IMG/VR virus record: IMGVR_UViG_3300032307_000652
Span: 30,877 to 94,876 of that record
Strand: one strand, 5' to 3'
DNA: 64,000 nucleotides
DNA from: a virus
Part shown: positions 9,062 to 18,718 of the stretch, piece after piece
How positions within the stretch are numbered: the first letter of the stretch is position 1
Layout: each line of letters opens with the position of its first letter
Translations under genes and position numbers: made by a program
Notes under the pieces: model-generated
The model's database searches: none
Told to the model about the DNA's origin: nothing
The model's input: only the letters and a program-made list of their open reading frames with translations

Positions 9062-9877
9062 ATGAAAATGTTTTTAGTAGAAAAATTTGAGGAAGAAGTT
9101 ACACCCGATTTAAAGTATTATGCTTTTGACTGGGATGATAATATTCTTACAATGCCGACACAAATAATACTTCGTACTGAAGGTGGTGAAGAAGTTGGTA
9201 TGTCAACAGAAGACTTTGCGGAATATCGTGTTAAAGTTGGAGTTGAACCTTTTGAATATAAAAAGAAAACTATTGTTGGGTTTGCTGACGACCCATTCAG
9301 AAATTTTGGAACCAAAGGGGATAAGAGGTTCATTATTGACGCAATGATGGCAAAAGAAGGTCCGGCATGGGATGACTTTGTTGAAGCGATTAATGGAGGC
9401 TCAATCTTTTCAATAGTTACTGCAAGAGGACATTCACCATTAGCGTTACGTAGAGCAATCGAAAATATGATTGAAACTAATTTTAAAGGGATATCTAAAA
9501 AAGAATTAGTTAAAAATTTAAGAAAGTTTAGAAAGTTCGCGGGTGAAGAAGATATGAGTGATAAAGAACTTATTAATGCTTATATGGATATGAACAAGTA
9601 TTATCCTGTAACATTTGGAGCCGGTTCGGCACAAAGTCCTGAAAAAGGAAAAGTAGATGCTTTAAGAGAGTTCCAACAATACGTGAAATATTTGGCGGGA
9701 AGATTAAAAAAACCTATAATGTTTAAAGATGATATTAGTAATAGATTCATACCTAAAATAGGTTTTTCAGATGATGATTTAAGAAATCTGGAAAAAGTTA
9801 AAGATGAATTATCAAAAGACCCAGAAAATATTATTCAAACAATATCAACACATGGAGGAGAAAAGAAATTATATTAA
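9062..9877 (+). CDS. HAD-superfamily phosphatase-like protein
   Basis: Motif I FDWDDNI, motif II VTARG, motif IV GFSDDD. The track start at 9026 lies inside the terminator, so ATG 9062 is preferred. Confidence 0.75.
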   Translation: MKMFLVEKFEEEVTPDLKYYAFDWDDNILTMPTQIILRTEGGEEVGMSTEDFAEYRVKVGVEPFEYKKKTIVGFADDPFRNFGTKGDKRFIIDAMMAKEGPAWDDFVEAINGGSIFSIVTARGHSPLALRRAIENMIETNFKGISKKELVKNLRKFRKFAGEEDMSDKELINAYMDMNKYYPVTFGAGSAQSPEKGKVDALREFQQYVKYLAGRLKKPIMFKDDISNRFIPKIGFSDDDLRNLEKVKDELSKDPENIIQTISTHGGEKKLY

Positions 9878-9952
9878 TATTTATAAACTGGACTTATAGC
9901 AAGTTTGACTGAAAAAAAATTCAAAGTAAATAGAAAAATATTTAATTGACAC

Positions 9953-9960
9953 TATTTATA
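9953..9960 (+). promoter_or_regulatory. TATTTATA late-promoter-like motif (tail tube); second copy at 9878-9885
   Basis: Recurrent motif followed by an A-rich leader. Confidence 0.6.
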
Positions 9961-9993
9961 ATAAAATAAAAGAAAATTTAAAAACAAAATAAT

Positions 9994-10482
9994 ATGGCTG
10001 ATTTACTGATGAAAATGCCTTTTCCGTATGAACCCAAAAAGAAAAATAGATTTATTCTAAGATTTCCTTCTGAATTGGGTATAAACGAATGGTTTGTAGA
10101 AACAACAAATAGACCTAAAATAACTATAAACCCTATTGATATTCCTTTTCTAAATACTAAAAGATATGTTGCGGGAAAATACGAATGGAATACTATTGGT
10201 GTTACACTACGTGACCCAATTGGACCTTCAGCCGCTCAAGCAATGATGGAATGGGTTCGTTTACACGCTGAATCAGTAACGGGTCGTATGGGTTATGCAG
10301 CAGGATATAAGAAAGACGTTGAACTTGAAATGTTAGACCCGACAGGTGTTGTTATTGAAAAGTGGTCTTTAATCCAATGTTTCTTGACTGACGTTGATTT
10401 TGGTTCTCTTGGTTATGCGGACGACGCATTGGCTAATATTACATTGACACTTCGTCCTGACTATTGTGTATTACTTTACTAA
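9994..10482 (+). CDS. Tail tube protein (gp19-like)
   Basis: EPKKKNRF, AGKYEWNTIGVTLRD, YKKDVELEMLDPTG..IEKWSL..CF; size and position after the sheath. Confidence 0.9.
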   Translation: MADLLMKMPFPYEPKKKNRFILRFPSELGINEWFVETTNRPKITINPIDIPFLNTKRYVAGKYEWNTIGVTLRDPIGPSAAQAMMEWVRLHAESVTGRMGYAAGYKKDVELEMLDPTGVVIEKWSLIQCFLTDVDFGSLGYADDALANITLTLRPDYCVLLY

Positions 10483-10503
10483 TACTATTACAAATATTAT
10501 ATT

Positions 10504-10529
10504 AAGACCCACAGAAATGTGGGTTTTTT
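10504..10529 (+). terminator. Intrinsic terminator after the tube gene
   Basis: aagacccac-agaaat-gtgggttttt; nearly identical to the sheath terminator. Confidence 0.8.
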
Positions 10530-10576
10530 ATTTACAATAAATTAAACTATTATATGTTATAAACAAAAACGAATTT

Positions 10577-11329
10577 ATGGAAGAACAAAATGTTAATCAA
10601 ATGAATTTTAATTTACCACATGATGTAATAACTTTACCAAGTGGAGGTAAATTTTATAAAAACAAAAAAAAATCGGTTAAAGTTGGTTTTTTAACTGCAG
10701 CTGATGAAAATATTTTGGCAAACGCTTCTAATATGTCTGGTGACCAAGTTATCCAACAATTAATTCGTTCTAAAGTTTATGAACCTGATTTGAAGGTTGA
10801 TGATATGTTAGAAGGTGATATTGAAGCAATTTTAGTTTTTTTAAGAAATACCGCATTTGGTCCTGAATACACTGTTAATTTAACTGACCCTGAAACAGGT
10901 AATAAATTTGAATCAACTTTTTCTTTAGAGGAGTTAAACTTTTCTAAACCTGAGGTTGACCCTGATGAAAATGGTCACTACACAGCAACACTCCCAAAAA
11001 GTGGAAAAACCGTAAAATTAAAATTATTGACGTTTGGTGATAAAAAAGAATTATCTGATAGAGAAAATTCATACCCAAAAAACATGGTTGCTCCTAAAGT
11101 TACTTGGAGATTGGTAAAACAAATTATTAGTATTGACAACAATGAGGATAAAACAGAAATTGCTAAGTTTGTTGAAAAAATGCCGATAATGGATTCCAAA
11201 TTTATTACCAATTTTATAAATAAAAATCAACCGTCATTAGACTTAATCAAAGAAATTATAGCCCCATCTGGAAAAAGTGTACTCACTCGAGTTACCTTTG
11301 GGGCTGAGTTTTTTCGCCCTTTCTTCTGA
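10577..11329 (+). CDS. Baseplate hub assembly / tail assembly chaperone (T4 gp26-like)
   Basis: Duplicated LPSGG / LPKSGK.V modules, LTAADENIL, C-terminal FFRP; lies between tube and tape measure. Confidence 0.7.
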   Translation: MEEQNVNQMNFNLPHDVITLPSGGKFYKNKKKSVKVGFLTAADENILANASNMSGDQVIQQLIRSKVYEPDLKVDDMLEGDIEAILVFLRNTAFGPEYTVNLTDPETGNKFESTFSLEELNFSKPEVDPDENGHYTATLPKSGKTVKLKLLTFGDKKELSDRENSYPKNMVAPKVTWRLVKQIISIDNNEDKTEIAKFVEKMPIMDSKFITNFINKNQPSLDLIKEIIAPSGKSVLTRVTFGAEFFRPFF

Positions 11330-11471
11330 TTATACCAAACATCTTTTAGACCAATATCTTTTATTAAGTAGGTTTTTACATATTCCGTATTCGGATTTTA
11401 TGTTAATTCCTACGTCTCACCGTCTTTATTTGGTTAATACTGTTATAGAAATGAATACACCTAAAAGTTAG
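11310..11471 (+). CDS. gp51-like / lambda gpT-like chaperone extension, probably reached by frameshift
   Basis: In the +1 frame relative to the upstream gene: FFALSSDYTKHLLDQYLLLSRFLHIPYSDFMLIPTSHRLYLVNTVIEMNTPKS; no convincing independent start codon. Confidence 0.55.
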   Translation, partial: FFALSSDYTKHLLDQYLLLSRFLHIPYSDFMLIPTSHRLYLVNTVIEMNTPKS

Positions 11472-11499
11472 ACCTAAAGTATTTATTTAAAAAATACGT

Positions 11500-13521
11500 A
11501 TGTTACAAACAGATGATGTTAGTGGTAAAATACCTATAACCGCAGAAGAAACCAAATTTATTGGTGAAAATATAGCTCAGTTATTAATTAATGTTAATGC
11601 TATTCAAAAACCTGCATTAGGTTTAATTAATAGTTTTTTAGAAGTTAACAAAAGAATTGCAGAAGCCGACAAAGGTGCGTTTTCCTTAGTTGGAAAAATG
11701 GGACTAAATGAAGAGGCAGCTAAAAGAATTAAAAGAACTTTTGGTGAAGCTTATAATGAATTAGGTTTAATTGGTGCTGATTTTGGAACATTTGTAAAAA
11801 CACAGGAGTTATTCAATACTGCTACAGGTCGTAATGTTGTATTAACCAAAGAAAATTTAAACGATTTAATTTCAACAAATAAAGTTACGGGACTTGCGGC
11901 TGATACACTATTAACGAGTTTTCAGAATGCTGGTTTTTCAATGTCACAGATTACTCAAAATATGGAGAAAGTGGTTACACTTGCTTCAAGTATGGGGTTA
12001 AATAGTCAAGTGGTGTCTAAATTGGTAACCGATAATTTAGAAAAACTAAATAAGTTTGGTTTTGGTAATGGGGTTGAAGGTTTGGCAAAAATGGCGGCAA
12101 AAGCAGCATCTATGAGAATAGATATGAAGTCAGCTTTTCAAGTTGCGGACGACATCTTCAATAAAGGACCTGAAGCTGCTATAGAAATTTCTGCGACTTT
12201 ACAAAGATTAGGGGCAACGTCAGGTGCATTACTTGACCCATTAAAATTGATGGATTTAGCTCAAAACAATCTTCCTGAGTTACAAAATCAACTTGTTGAT
12301 TTATCAAAACAATATACCGTATTTAACGAAGATACTAAACAATTTGAAATCATGCCTGGTGCTAGAAAGCAATTAAATGAAGTAGCTAAGTCTTTAGGTA
12401 TAAGTTATGAAGAATTCGCAAAAATGTCTTTAGAAAGTTCTAAAATGGAAAAAAAACTTTCTGAAATTGATTTTAGCAGGTTTAGTCTGAATATGACCGA
12501 AGAACAAAAAGCTTTGATTACAAACATGGCTGAAATGAATACTCAGGGTGAGTATGTTGTTAAGGTAAAAGATGAAAATGGTGAATATATTGAAAAAGCG
12601 ATAACTCAATTAGGTCAAGAAGATTTAGTTTCATTACAAAAAGAAACTTTAACTGAAGGTGAAAAAATGTATGATATTGCTTCACAAAGTTTGAGTCAAC
12701 TTGAAAGAATTGGTAATTTACAAGAAACTTTTAATAATTCATTAAGTACTATGTTAGCAACAGGTGAATATGGAAATGCTATTTTACAAACATTAGCGGC
12801 TAGCAATGAAAAATTATATGGTGTAAATGACGCTTCAAAAAATGAGACTTTAAAACTTCTTACAATAAATAACAAGGATATGAATGAAAATGCCGTAAAT
12901 ATGGCAAATTCAACAAAGTCATTAATTGAAACGGCTTCTATTGGTGGTGCGGGTAATTTAGCTTCTGCGACATTGGCTTTAGAAGACCTTGGTAAAAGTA
13001 TGTTTGATATTAGTAAAAAAGGGTTGGGGGCAGCGTATGAAAATACCACACCTACTGACGTGTTAAAGGCGGTTATAACTACTACCGCGGCTCAAACCGC
13101 TGTTGATATTGGAAAAGAAATTGGTCAATACATAACAGGTGAAAAAAAAATAACGGATTTATTAATACCAAAATCTGGAGGTGATATTGCGGTAACTGCT
13201 GACGGAATACACTATTCTTTAGATAAAGGAGATATGTTAATGGCTGTAAATCAACAAAAATTAGCATCCGCAATTGGTGCATCATCACCATCACCAATAT
13301 TACCAACTGCGGTTGAAAATAATTACGCTTCTACTGAAGTAAAAAAAGAATCAACCCCAAAAGAACTTAATGTGAATATCAACTTTACACATGAGTCCAA
13401 AGGAGCTGATATAAATGTTGCTCAAGAATTTTCAAAATCTTTAAGAGATAATACATCATTACAACAACAACTTGTTCAACAGATAACTGAAAATATTAAA
13501 AACTACGGTTTAACCGCCTGA
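11500..13521 (+). CDS. Tape measure protein (putative)
   Basis: Ala/Leu/Gln/Met-rich helical sequence; follows tube and chaperones. Confidence 0.7.
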   Translation: MLQTDDVSGKIPITAEETKFIGENIAQLLINVNAIQKPALGLINSFLEVNKRIAEADKGAFSLVGKMGLNEEAAKRIKRTFGEAYNELGLIGADFGTFVKTQELFNTATGRNVVLTKENLNDLISTNKVTGLAADTLLTSFQNAGFSMSQITQNMEKVVTLASSMGLNSQVVSKLVTDNLEKLNKFGFGNGVEGLAKMAAKAASMRIDMKSAFQVADDIFNKGPEAAIEISATLQRLGATSGALLDPLKLMDLAQNNLPELQNQLVDLSKQYTVFNEDTKQFEIMPGARKQLNEVAKSLGISYEEFAKMSLESSKMEKKLSEIDFSRFSLNMTEEQKALITNMAEMNTQGEYVVKVKDENGEYIEKAITQLGQEDLVSLQKETLTEGEKMYDIASQSLSQLERIGNLQETFNNSLSTMLATGEYGNAILQTLAASNEKLYGVNDASKNETLKLLTINNKDMNENAVNMANSTKSLIETASIGGAGNLASATLALEDLGKSMFDISKKGLGAAYENTTPTDVLKAVITTTAAQTAVDIGKEIGQYITGEKKITDLLIPKSGGDIAVTADGIHYSLDKGDMLMAVNQQKLASAIGASSPSPILPTAVENNYASTEVKKESTPKELNVNINFTHESKGADINVAQEFSKSLRDNTSLQQQLVQQITENIKNYGLTA

Positions 13522-13559
13522 TAAAATCTGTTTCATTCTATTTATTATAAAAAGATTTG

Positions 13560-16500
13560 ATGCAAGAAAATATTCTTTCTTTTAACGGTTCGGAAAATTT
13601 TAGAAAAACACTTGTTTCTCGAAACTTAAAGCCTTATAAAATTGAGGGTTCATTTTCCAGTGCCGAATCTCAACAAAATTACACAACAAATTTAACGGAT
13701 AGTTCACCTGTTGATACTCCTAATGTTAGTGATAGTATATACGAGGAACCAAAATTAAATACAATTATAAACATTTACGGACCAGCTGGAAATTTTATTG
13801 ACGGTGCCGAATTAGTTAACTCTCTTGATATACCACAACCCCCAAGACCTGTATCTACAGGTGAGGAAATTGGACAAAACGAATATAACCCAAATTTTAC
13901 TAAACTTGATATTATCAATGAAAGTTTTATTGATAACGCTGCGGTTGTAAATAGATATACACCTGAAGGTAGTTATGATGATTTATTCGTGGTTGATGAA
14001 AAAATACTGGCAAAAACATTAGAACAAAGTGGAATTTATGGTGATGGTGTTTTATTCCCAATAAATTTTGTTCAGGGTGATTATACAGTAACAGAAATAT
14101 TAAATAACGACCCTGAATTAATAAGTGATTCTTATATACAAAGAATCGGTGCGGAAAGATTAACATATGCGTTTGAACAAAGAATTGCTCGTGAAATTGA
14201 AAGAAATACAGTTGGCGCGATTAATTTAGGTGTTTTAACAAGTCCGTTTGAAGCAACATTAGTTGCCACAGGACAAGAACCTTTTATACAGAGAAATTAT
14301 ACAATTACAGTTCCTAATGGTGTCATAGATTACGCAGCATATTTTTTACAAAGAGTCGCAGGTTTTTTATTACCCTATTCACCAATCGAAGGAAGTTATT
14401 TTTCAGATGTTGAAAGACAACGAATTAAACCACAACAAACTTTAGGTAATTTAGGTGGTAATCTTTTAAATAGACAAAATCCTTCTATAATTTTTTTACA
14501 AAATACAGGTTCAGGACAAAAAAGTGTATTATTTAATACTATTGCGTATAACAGATATAAACCTGATTATTCATTTAATCTAACTCAACTTGGTACTTTT
14601 CTTTCTGACTTTTTTGAAAACCCTAATTCTATTGGTAATTTATATGTTGGTAGACAAGAATCGGATATTACAAACGTTATATCACCTCCAAATGCTAGTC
14701 CAACTAATGCTTATGGTATACCAACAAGGACACCTGTATACGGACCTGATAAGGTTGGAATACTTTACGAAGGTGACCAAAACTTTCAATTTGGTTTAGC
14801 GGGACAAGATTATAGTAAAAGACCTGTTTTTGACGGTGGGTTTGTTTGGATTTCAGAACTTACGAAGGTTGAGGCCGGAAGAACTGTGGGACAAGATGGT
14901 AGAATTTATGGTAATAATAAAACATTTACACCATTAAGTTCATCTTATCAACAGGTATTATCTACAGGTTATGATTTCAGACCAGGTTCTATATTAGACG
15001 TTACTCAAAGAATAATTGACTCCACACCTGCACAGGGTAAAGATAGATTGGCTCATGTTGGTAACGCAATGAACCAAGTGTCAAAAGTTTTTTGGGATGG
15101 ATATAAGGAGTTAACAAAGGGTTCTAAGGTTAAAAAATATGTTAATGAAAATGGTTCTATTGTTGGAACTGAATATGGTAGAATTTTCTCAAAAGACAGA
15201 CCTTATTATACTTACGGAGATTTACAAGGAACTTACGCCAATACAAGTGGTACGGATACAAATGGTAATATCAGAAGGTATTCATATTCAGTACTAGATA
15301 GTGCTTACAACCTTAATATTGTTCCGTATAAAAATGGAGGAACTTCAACCCAAGGAGGAAGTGTTAAAAAATATATGTTTTCATTAGAAAACTTAGCTTG
15401 GAAATCAACACCCGAATTTAATAACTTACCTGATATTGAGAAGGGCCCAAATGGGGGTAGAATTATGTGGTTTCCACCATATGAATTAACTTTTGGAGAT
15501 AGCTCAAATGCGAACTTTAACGCAACTAATTTTATCGGAAGACCTGAACCAATTTACACATATAACAATACAACAAGACAAGGAGATATTTCGTTTAAAA
15601 TTGTTGTTGACCATCCGTCAGTATTAAACTTAATTGTTAATAGAGAATTAGAAAATCAAAATAGTGATTTAATAAATGGTGTTGTTAATTCATTTTTTGC
15701 GGGATGTAGAAAATACGACATTTATGAATTAGCTAAAAACTTCGGAAGTCTAAGTTTAAACACTATAGAAGACATATATCAGCAAGTTTTAGAAAGTGAC
15801 CAAACATCTGAAGAAGATAAACTTGAGGCTTTAGAATCATTACCACAGGATGAAGGTAATCCTACTGATTCCCAAAGAGTTGGTTTAAGTCAAAATTACA
15901 ATGATTTTGGATTTTATTTTGATGCATATAATGGTATTGAATCAAGCACTGATTACGAAATTTTATACGCTGATTATATAAATGTTGAAGGGTTTTATAA
16001 TGAACAACAACCCCAAGAACCTGTGAGTAGTTTTTTTGAAAAAGTTATAACAGAAAATTATAATAAATTATTATTGTTGAGGGATGAAATTGTTGAAATT
16101 TTAATCGCAGGGGGTGAAGTAAGTTTAGAACTTGTTGGTACTTTGGATGTTGAGACAAATGCTAGTGAATCGACAACATATAATAATGATAGATTATCAT
16201 CAATTAAAATATTTTTTGAAGAATATATTTTCCAAAGTTCACCACTTGGAAAATATGTTCAAAATGGTAAATTTAAAATTACATTAAGTAGTGATATACA
16301 ATCTTCTGCAATTATAAAATCAAGTGAACCTTTTGACTCGTTTGATTGTACTACAATTATTAACAATACTAATACACCATTTTCAATTCAAGCGATGGCT
16401 TGTAGAGGAATGAGAGTAAAAAATATAACGGTTACCGCACAACCTCCTGATAGTGAAAATAGTGGTGCGGTTAATACAAACAGTAATGATACTAATAGTA

Positions 16501-18392
16501 ATTTAAGAAGAAGTACTGGACAATTTTTATCAGATGTTTTTGGTAATAAGAAAAAGAAAAAAGAAAGTGTTGAGTCTAAAGTTAAAAATTTAAGTAAAAC
16601 AATTCTATCAGAATTATTAAATGAGAAAAATTATTTTGAAATAATCAAACAAGAAGACCCATTTTTATACGATAGTTTTAAAACAAAAATTAAATTCTTT
16701 AATCCGGCATTCCACTCTATTACACCTGAAGGATTTAATTCAAGATTAACTTTTTTAAATCAATGTGTTAGACCTGGTAATACAATACCAACAAAAACGT
16801 CTTCAGGTGATTTTGAAACTAAAGATTCTTTAAATACAAATTTTGGTTCACCACCTATCTTAGTATTAAGAATTGGTGATTTTTACAATTGTAAAATCGT
16901 ACCTGAAAGTTTAAGTTTTTCATACGAAACATTAGATTTTAATCCTGAAGGTATTGGCGTTCAACCAATGATTGTTACCGCAAAATTAGGTTTTAAAATG
17001 ATTGGTGGACATGGTTTGAAAGAACCAATTGACAGATTACAAAATGCATTATCATTTAATTACTATGCTAATACTGAAATGTATGATGAAAGGTCAATTC
17101 CTACCGACACAACTAAATTAACTGCGATTATAACTGGTGAAGATAGTTTAGGTTCAAATCTAAGGACTTTACAAAATTTGTCAAATCAAACTAATAATCA
17201 AAACTTAGCAAGTAATCAGGCAACAAATCAAAACCCAACAGACGGTGGTAATTTTATTGGAAATGTATCAGAATCTACAAATACTAATGGTGTTTTAACT
17301 GGTACTATACAATATAAAAATTTAGTTGATTCTGCAGTTGACAATAGTCAAAATTATATGAATTTAGTTGAAAGTTTCATCACAAGCGTTACCAAAGAGT
17401 ATAACTATGGTGTTTTAACTCAAATATATAATGAAAGATTATTTAAAAATGGAACTTTTAATTCTTTACAAGCACCTGTTTCAGATGTGAAAATTTTGGG
17501 TAAATTTAATAATTACCCAAATTATATTACAAGTGTAATGTCTGCTTTAATTACTGAGATTGAAAATGGAACAGACATGTTAACAATGTATTTGTTATCT
17601 AAAAATGTTCCTCAAAACGAAATTAGAATAGTCCAATCAAATTTTAAAGCGGCTTGTCAAAATAGAAAGAATACAATATTACAAGGTATTGGTAGTAAAA
17701 TACAATCAATAACTAATCAACAATCTGAGATTTATCAAATATTTAGAAGAATGGATTTAGTTTGTGATGCTACTGATGGTAAGTTAAATTCAAATGGCTC
17801 TATATTTGCGTTAACTAATACTGGAGAACCTTACGGAACTTCAGATACTTTAACTGATATTAGAACTGATTATACAAAAATCGCTAATGATTTTAAAAGT
17901 TATTACTCTTTATTGTTATCTAATAACTTAATTATTGAACCAACAGTTTCAACTTTGTATTTTACTCCGTTCACTAATTATAGTTCAACAGGTGGGTTGA
18001 ATTTATTTTTTACATTATTCTCAAATGATTTTACAGATAATCAATCTATTGAAAATTTAAAGAATTTTTTAACACAGAATTATACACCTGTAAGTGAAAA
18101 CACAAAGACGAAAGTTTTAACGTATTTGGGTTCTATTTCTCAATCAATTATTGATGAAAAAAATGCTCAAACATCATATGTGAATAATTTTTTTACAGGT
18201 CAAAGTTATTTGATTTATAAGAATTATAACCCACAAGTTGATGGTGTTAGTGTAAAAGGTAAAGACAGAGATTTTACATTTACTTCGGCAGGTTCAACAT
18301 CAAATCAACAAACTAATGTTTCCAACATTTATAAAAATGTTAATATTGATAATAATCAATCAACATATAACGGAAAGAAATATTTTAACTAA
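13560..18392 (+). CDS. Very large baseplate/tube-initiator protein (gp48/gp54-like segments)
   Basis: IGRPEPIYTYNNTTRQGDISFKIVVD and PPILVLRIGDFYNCKIVPESLSFSYE are tube-fold-like segments separated by a long insertion; lies between tape measure and the LysM-like gene. Confidence 0.55.
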   Translation: MQENILSFNGSENFRKTLVSRNLKPYKIEGSFSSAESQQNYTTNLTDSSPVDTPNVSDSIYEEPKLNTIINIYGPAGNFIDGAELVNSLDIPQPPRPVSTGEEIGQNEYNPNFTKLDIINESFIDNAAVVNRYTPEGSYDDLFVVDEKILAKTLEQSGIYGDGVLFPINFVQGDYTVTEILNNDPELISDSYIQRIGAERLTYAFEQRIAREIERNTVGAINLGVLTSPFEATLVATGQEPFIQRNYTITVPNGVIDYAAYFLQRVAGFLLPYSPIEGSYFSDVERQRIKPQQTLGNLGGNLLNRQNPSIIFLQNTGSGQKSVLFNTIAYNRYKPDYSFNLTQLGTFLSDFFENPNSIGNLYVGRQESDITNVISPPNASPTNAYGIPTRTPVYGPDKVGILYEGDQNFQFGLAGQDYSKRPVFDGGFVWISELTKVEAGRTVGQDGRIYGNNKTFTPLSSSYQQVLSTGYDFRPGSILDVTQRIIDSTPAQGKDRLAHVGNAMNQVSKVFWDGYKELTKGSKVKKYVNENGSIVGTEYGRIFSKDRPYYTYGDLQGTYANTSGTDTNGNIRRYSYSVLDSAYNLNIVPYKNGGTSTQGGSVKKYMFSLENLAWKSTPEFNNLPDIEKGPNGGRIMWFPPYELTFGDSSNANFNATNFIGRPEPIYTYNNTTRQGDISFKIVVDHPSVLNLIVNRELENQNSDLINGVVNSFFAGCRKYDIYELAKNFGSLSLNTIEDIYQQVLESDQTSEEDKLEALESLPQDEGNPTDSQRVGLSQNYNDFGFYFDAYNGIESSTDYEILYADYINVEGFYNEQQPQEPVSSFFEKVITENYNKLLLLRDEIVEILIAGGEVSLELVGTLDVETNASESTTYNNDRLSSIKIFFEEYIFQSSPLGKYVQNGKFKITLSSDIQSSAIIKSSEPFDSFDCTTIINNTNTPFSIQAMACRGMRVKNITVTAQPPDSENSGAVNTNSNDTNSNLRRSTGQFLSDVFGNKKKKKESVESKVKNLSKTILSELLNEKNYFEIIKQEDPFLYDSFKTKIKFFNPAFHSITPEGFNSRLTFLNQCVRPGNTIPTKTSSGDFETKDSLNTNFGSPPILVLRIGDFYNCKIVPESLSFSYETLDFNPEGIGVQPMIVTAKLGFKMIGGHGLKEPIDRLQNALSFNYYANTEMYDERSIPTDTTKLTAIITGEDSLGSNLRTLQNLSNQTNNQNLASNQATNQNPTDGGNFIGNVSESTNTNGVLTGTIQYKNLVDSAVDNSQNYMNLVESFITSVTKEYNYGVLTQIYNERLFKNGTFNSLQAPVSDVKILGKFNNYPNYITSVMSALITEIENGTDMLTMYLLSKNVPQNEIRIVQSNFKAACQNRKNTILQGIGSKIQSITNQQSEIYQIFRRMDLVCDATDGKLNSNGSIFALTNTGEPYGTSDTLTDIRTDYTKIANDFKSYYSLLLSNNLIIEPTVSTLYFTPFTNYSSTGGLNLFFTLFSNDFTDNQSIENLKNFLTQNYTPVSENTKTKVLTYLGSISQSIIDEKNAQTSYVNNFFTGQSYLIYKNYNPQVDGVSVKGKDRDFTFTSAGSTSNQQTNVSNIYKNVNIDNNQSTYNGKKYFN

Positions 18393-18718
18393 TGGCTAAC
18401 GAATATTTAAACAGGTATCAACTTTTTACGGCAAATGACCAACAAAATACTATTCCGTATATTACTATTCCTGCGAAAAACTCCGACAAAAAATATATTT
18501 ATAAACTTGGTGTTTCTCGTTTAGATAAGATATCCCAACTTTATTATGACTCACCTTATTTTGGTTGGTTTATTTTACAATCAAACTCACAATATGGAGG
18601 TTCGGAATTAAACATTCCTGACAATGCCGTTCTTAACATACCCTTCCCTTTAACATCTTCTTTATTAGATTATAAATCAGCTTTAGAGCGTTATTTCTAT
18701 TATTATGGCGAACAATAA
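18392..18718 (+). CDS. LysM-like baseplate protein (gp53/tail-X-like)
   Basis: RLDKISQLYYDSPYFGWFILQSN...LNIP. Confidence 0.75.
   Translation: MANEYLNRYQLFTANDQQNTIPYITIPAKNSDKKYIYKLGVSRLDKISQLYYDSPYFGWFILQSNSQYGGSELNIPDNAVLNIPFPLTSSLLDYKSALERYFYYYGEQ

Noticed and set aside
9885-9906. Imperfect inverted repeat aaactgg...caagttt upstream of the tube gene
   Set aside because: Short, mismatched and AT-rich; not distinguishable from chance
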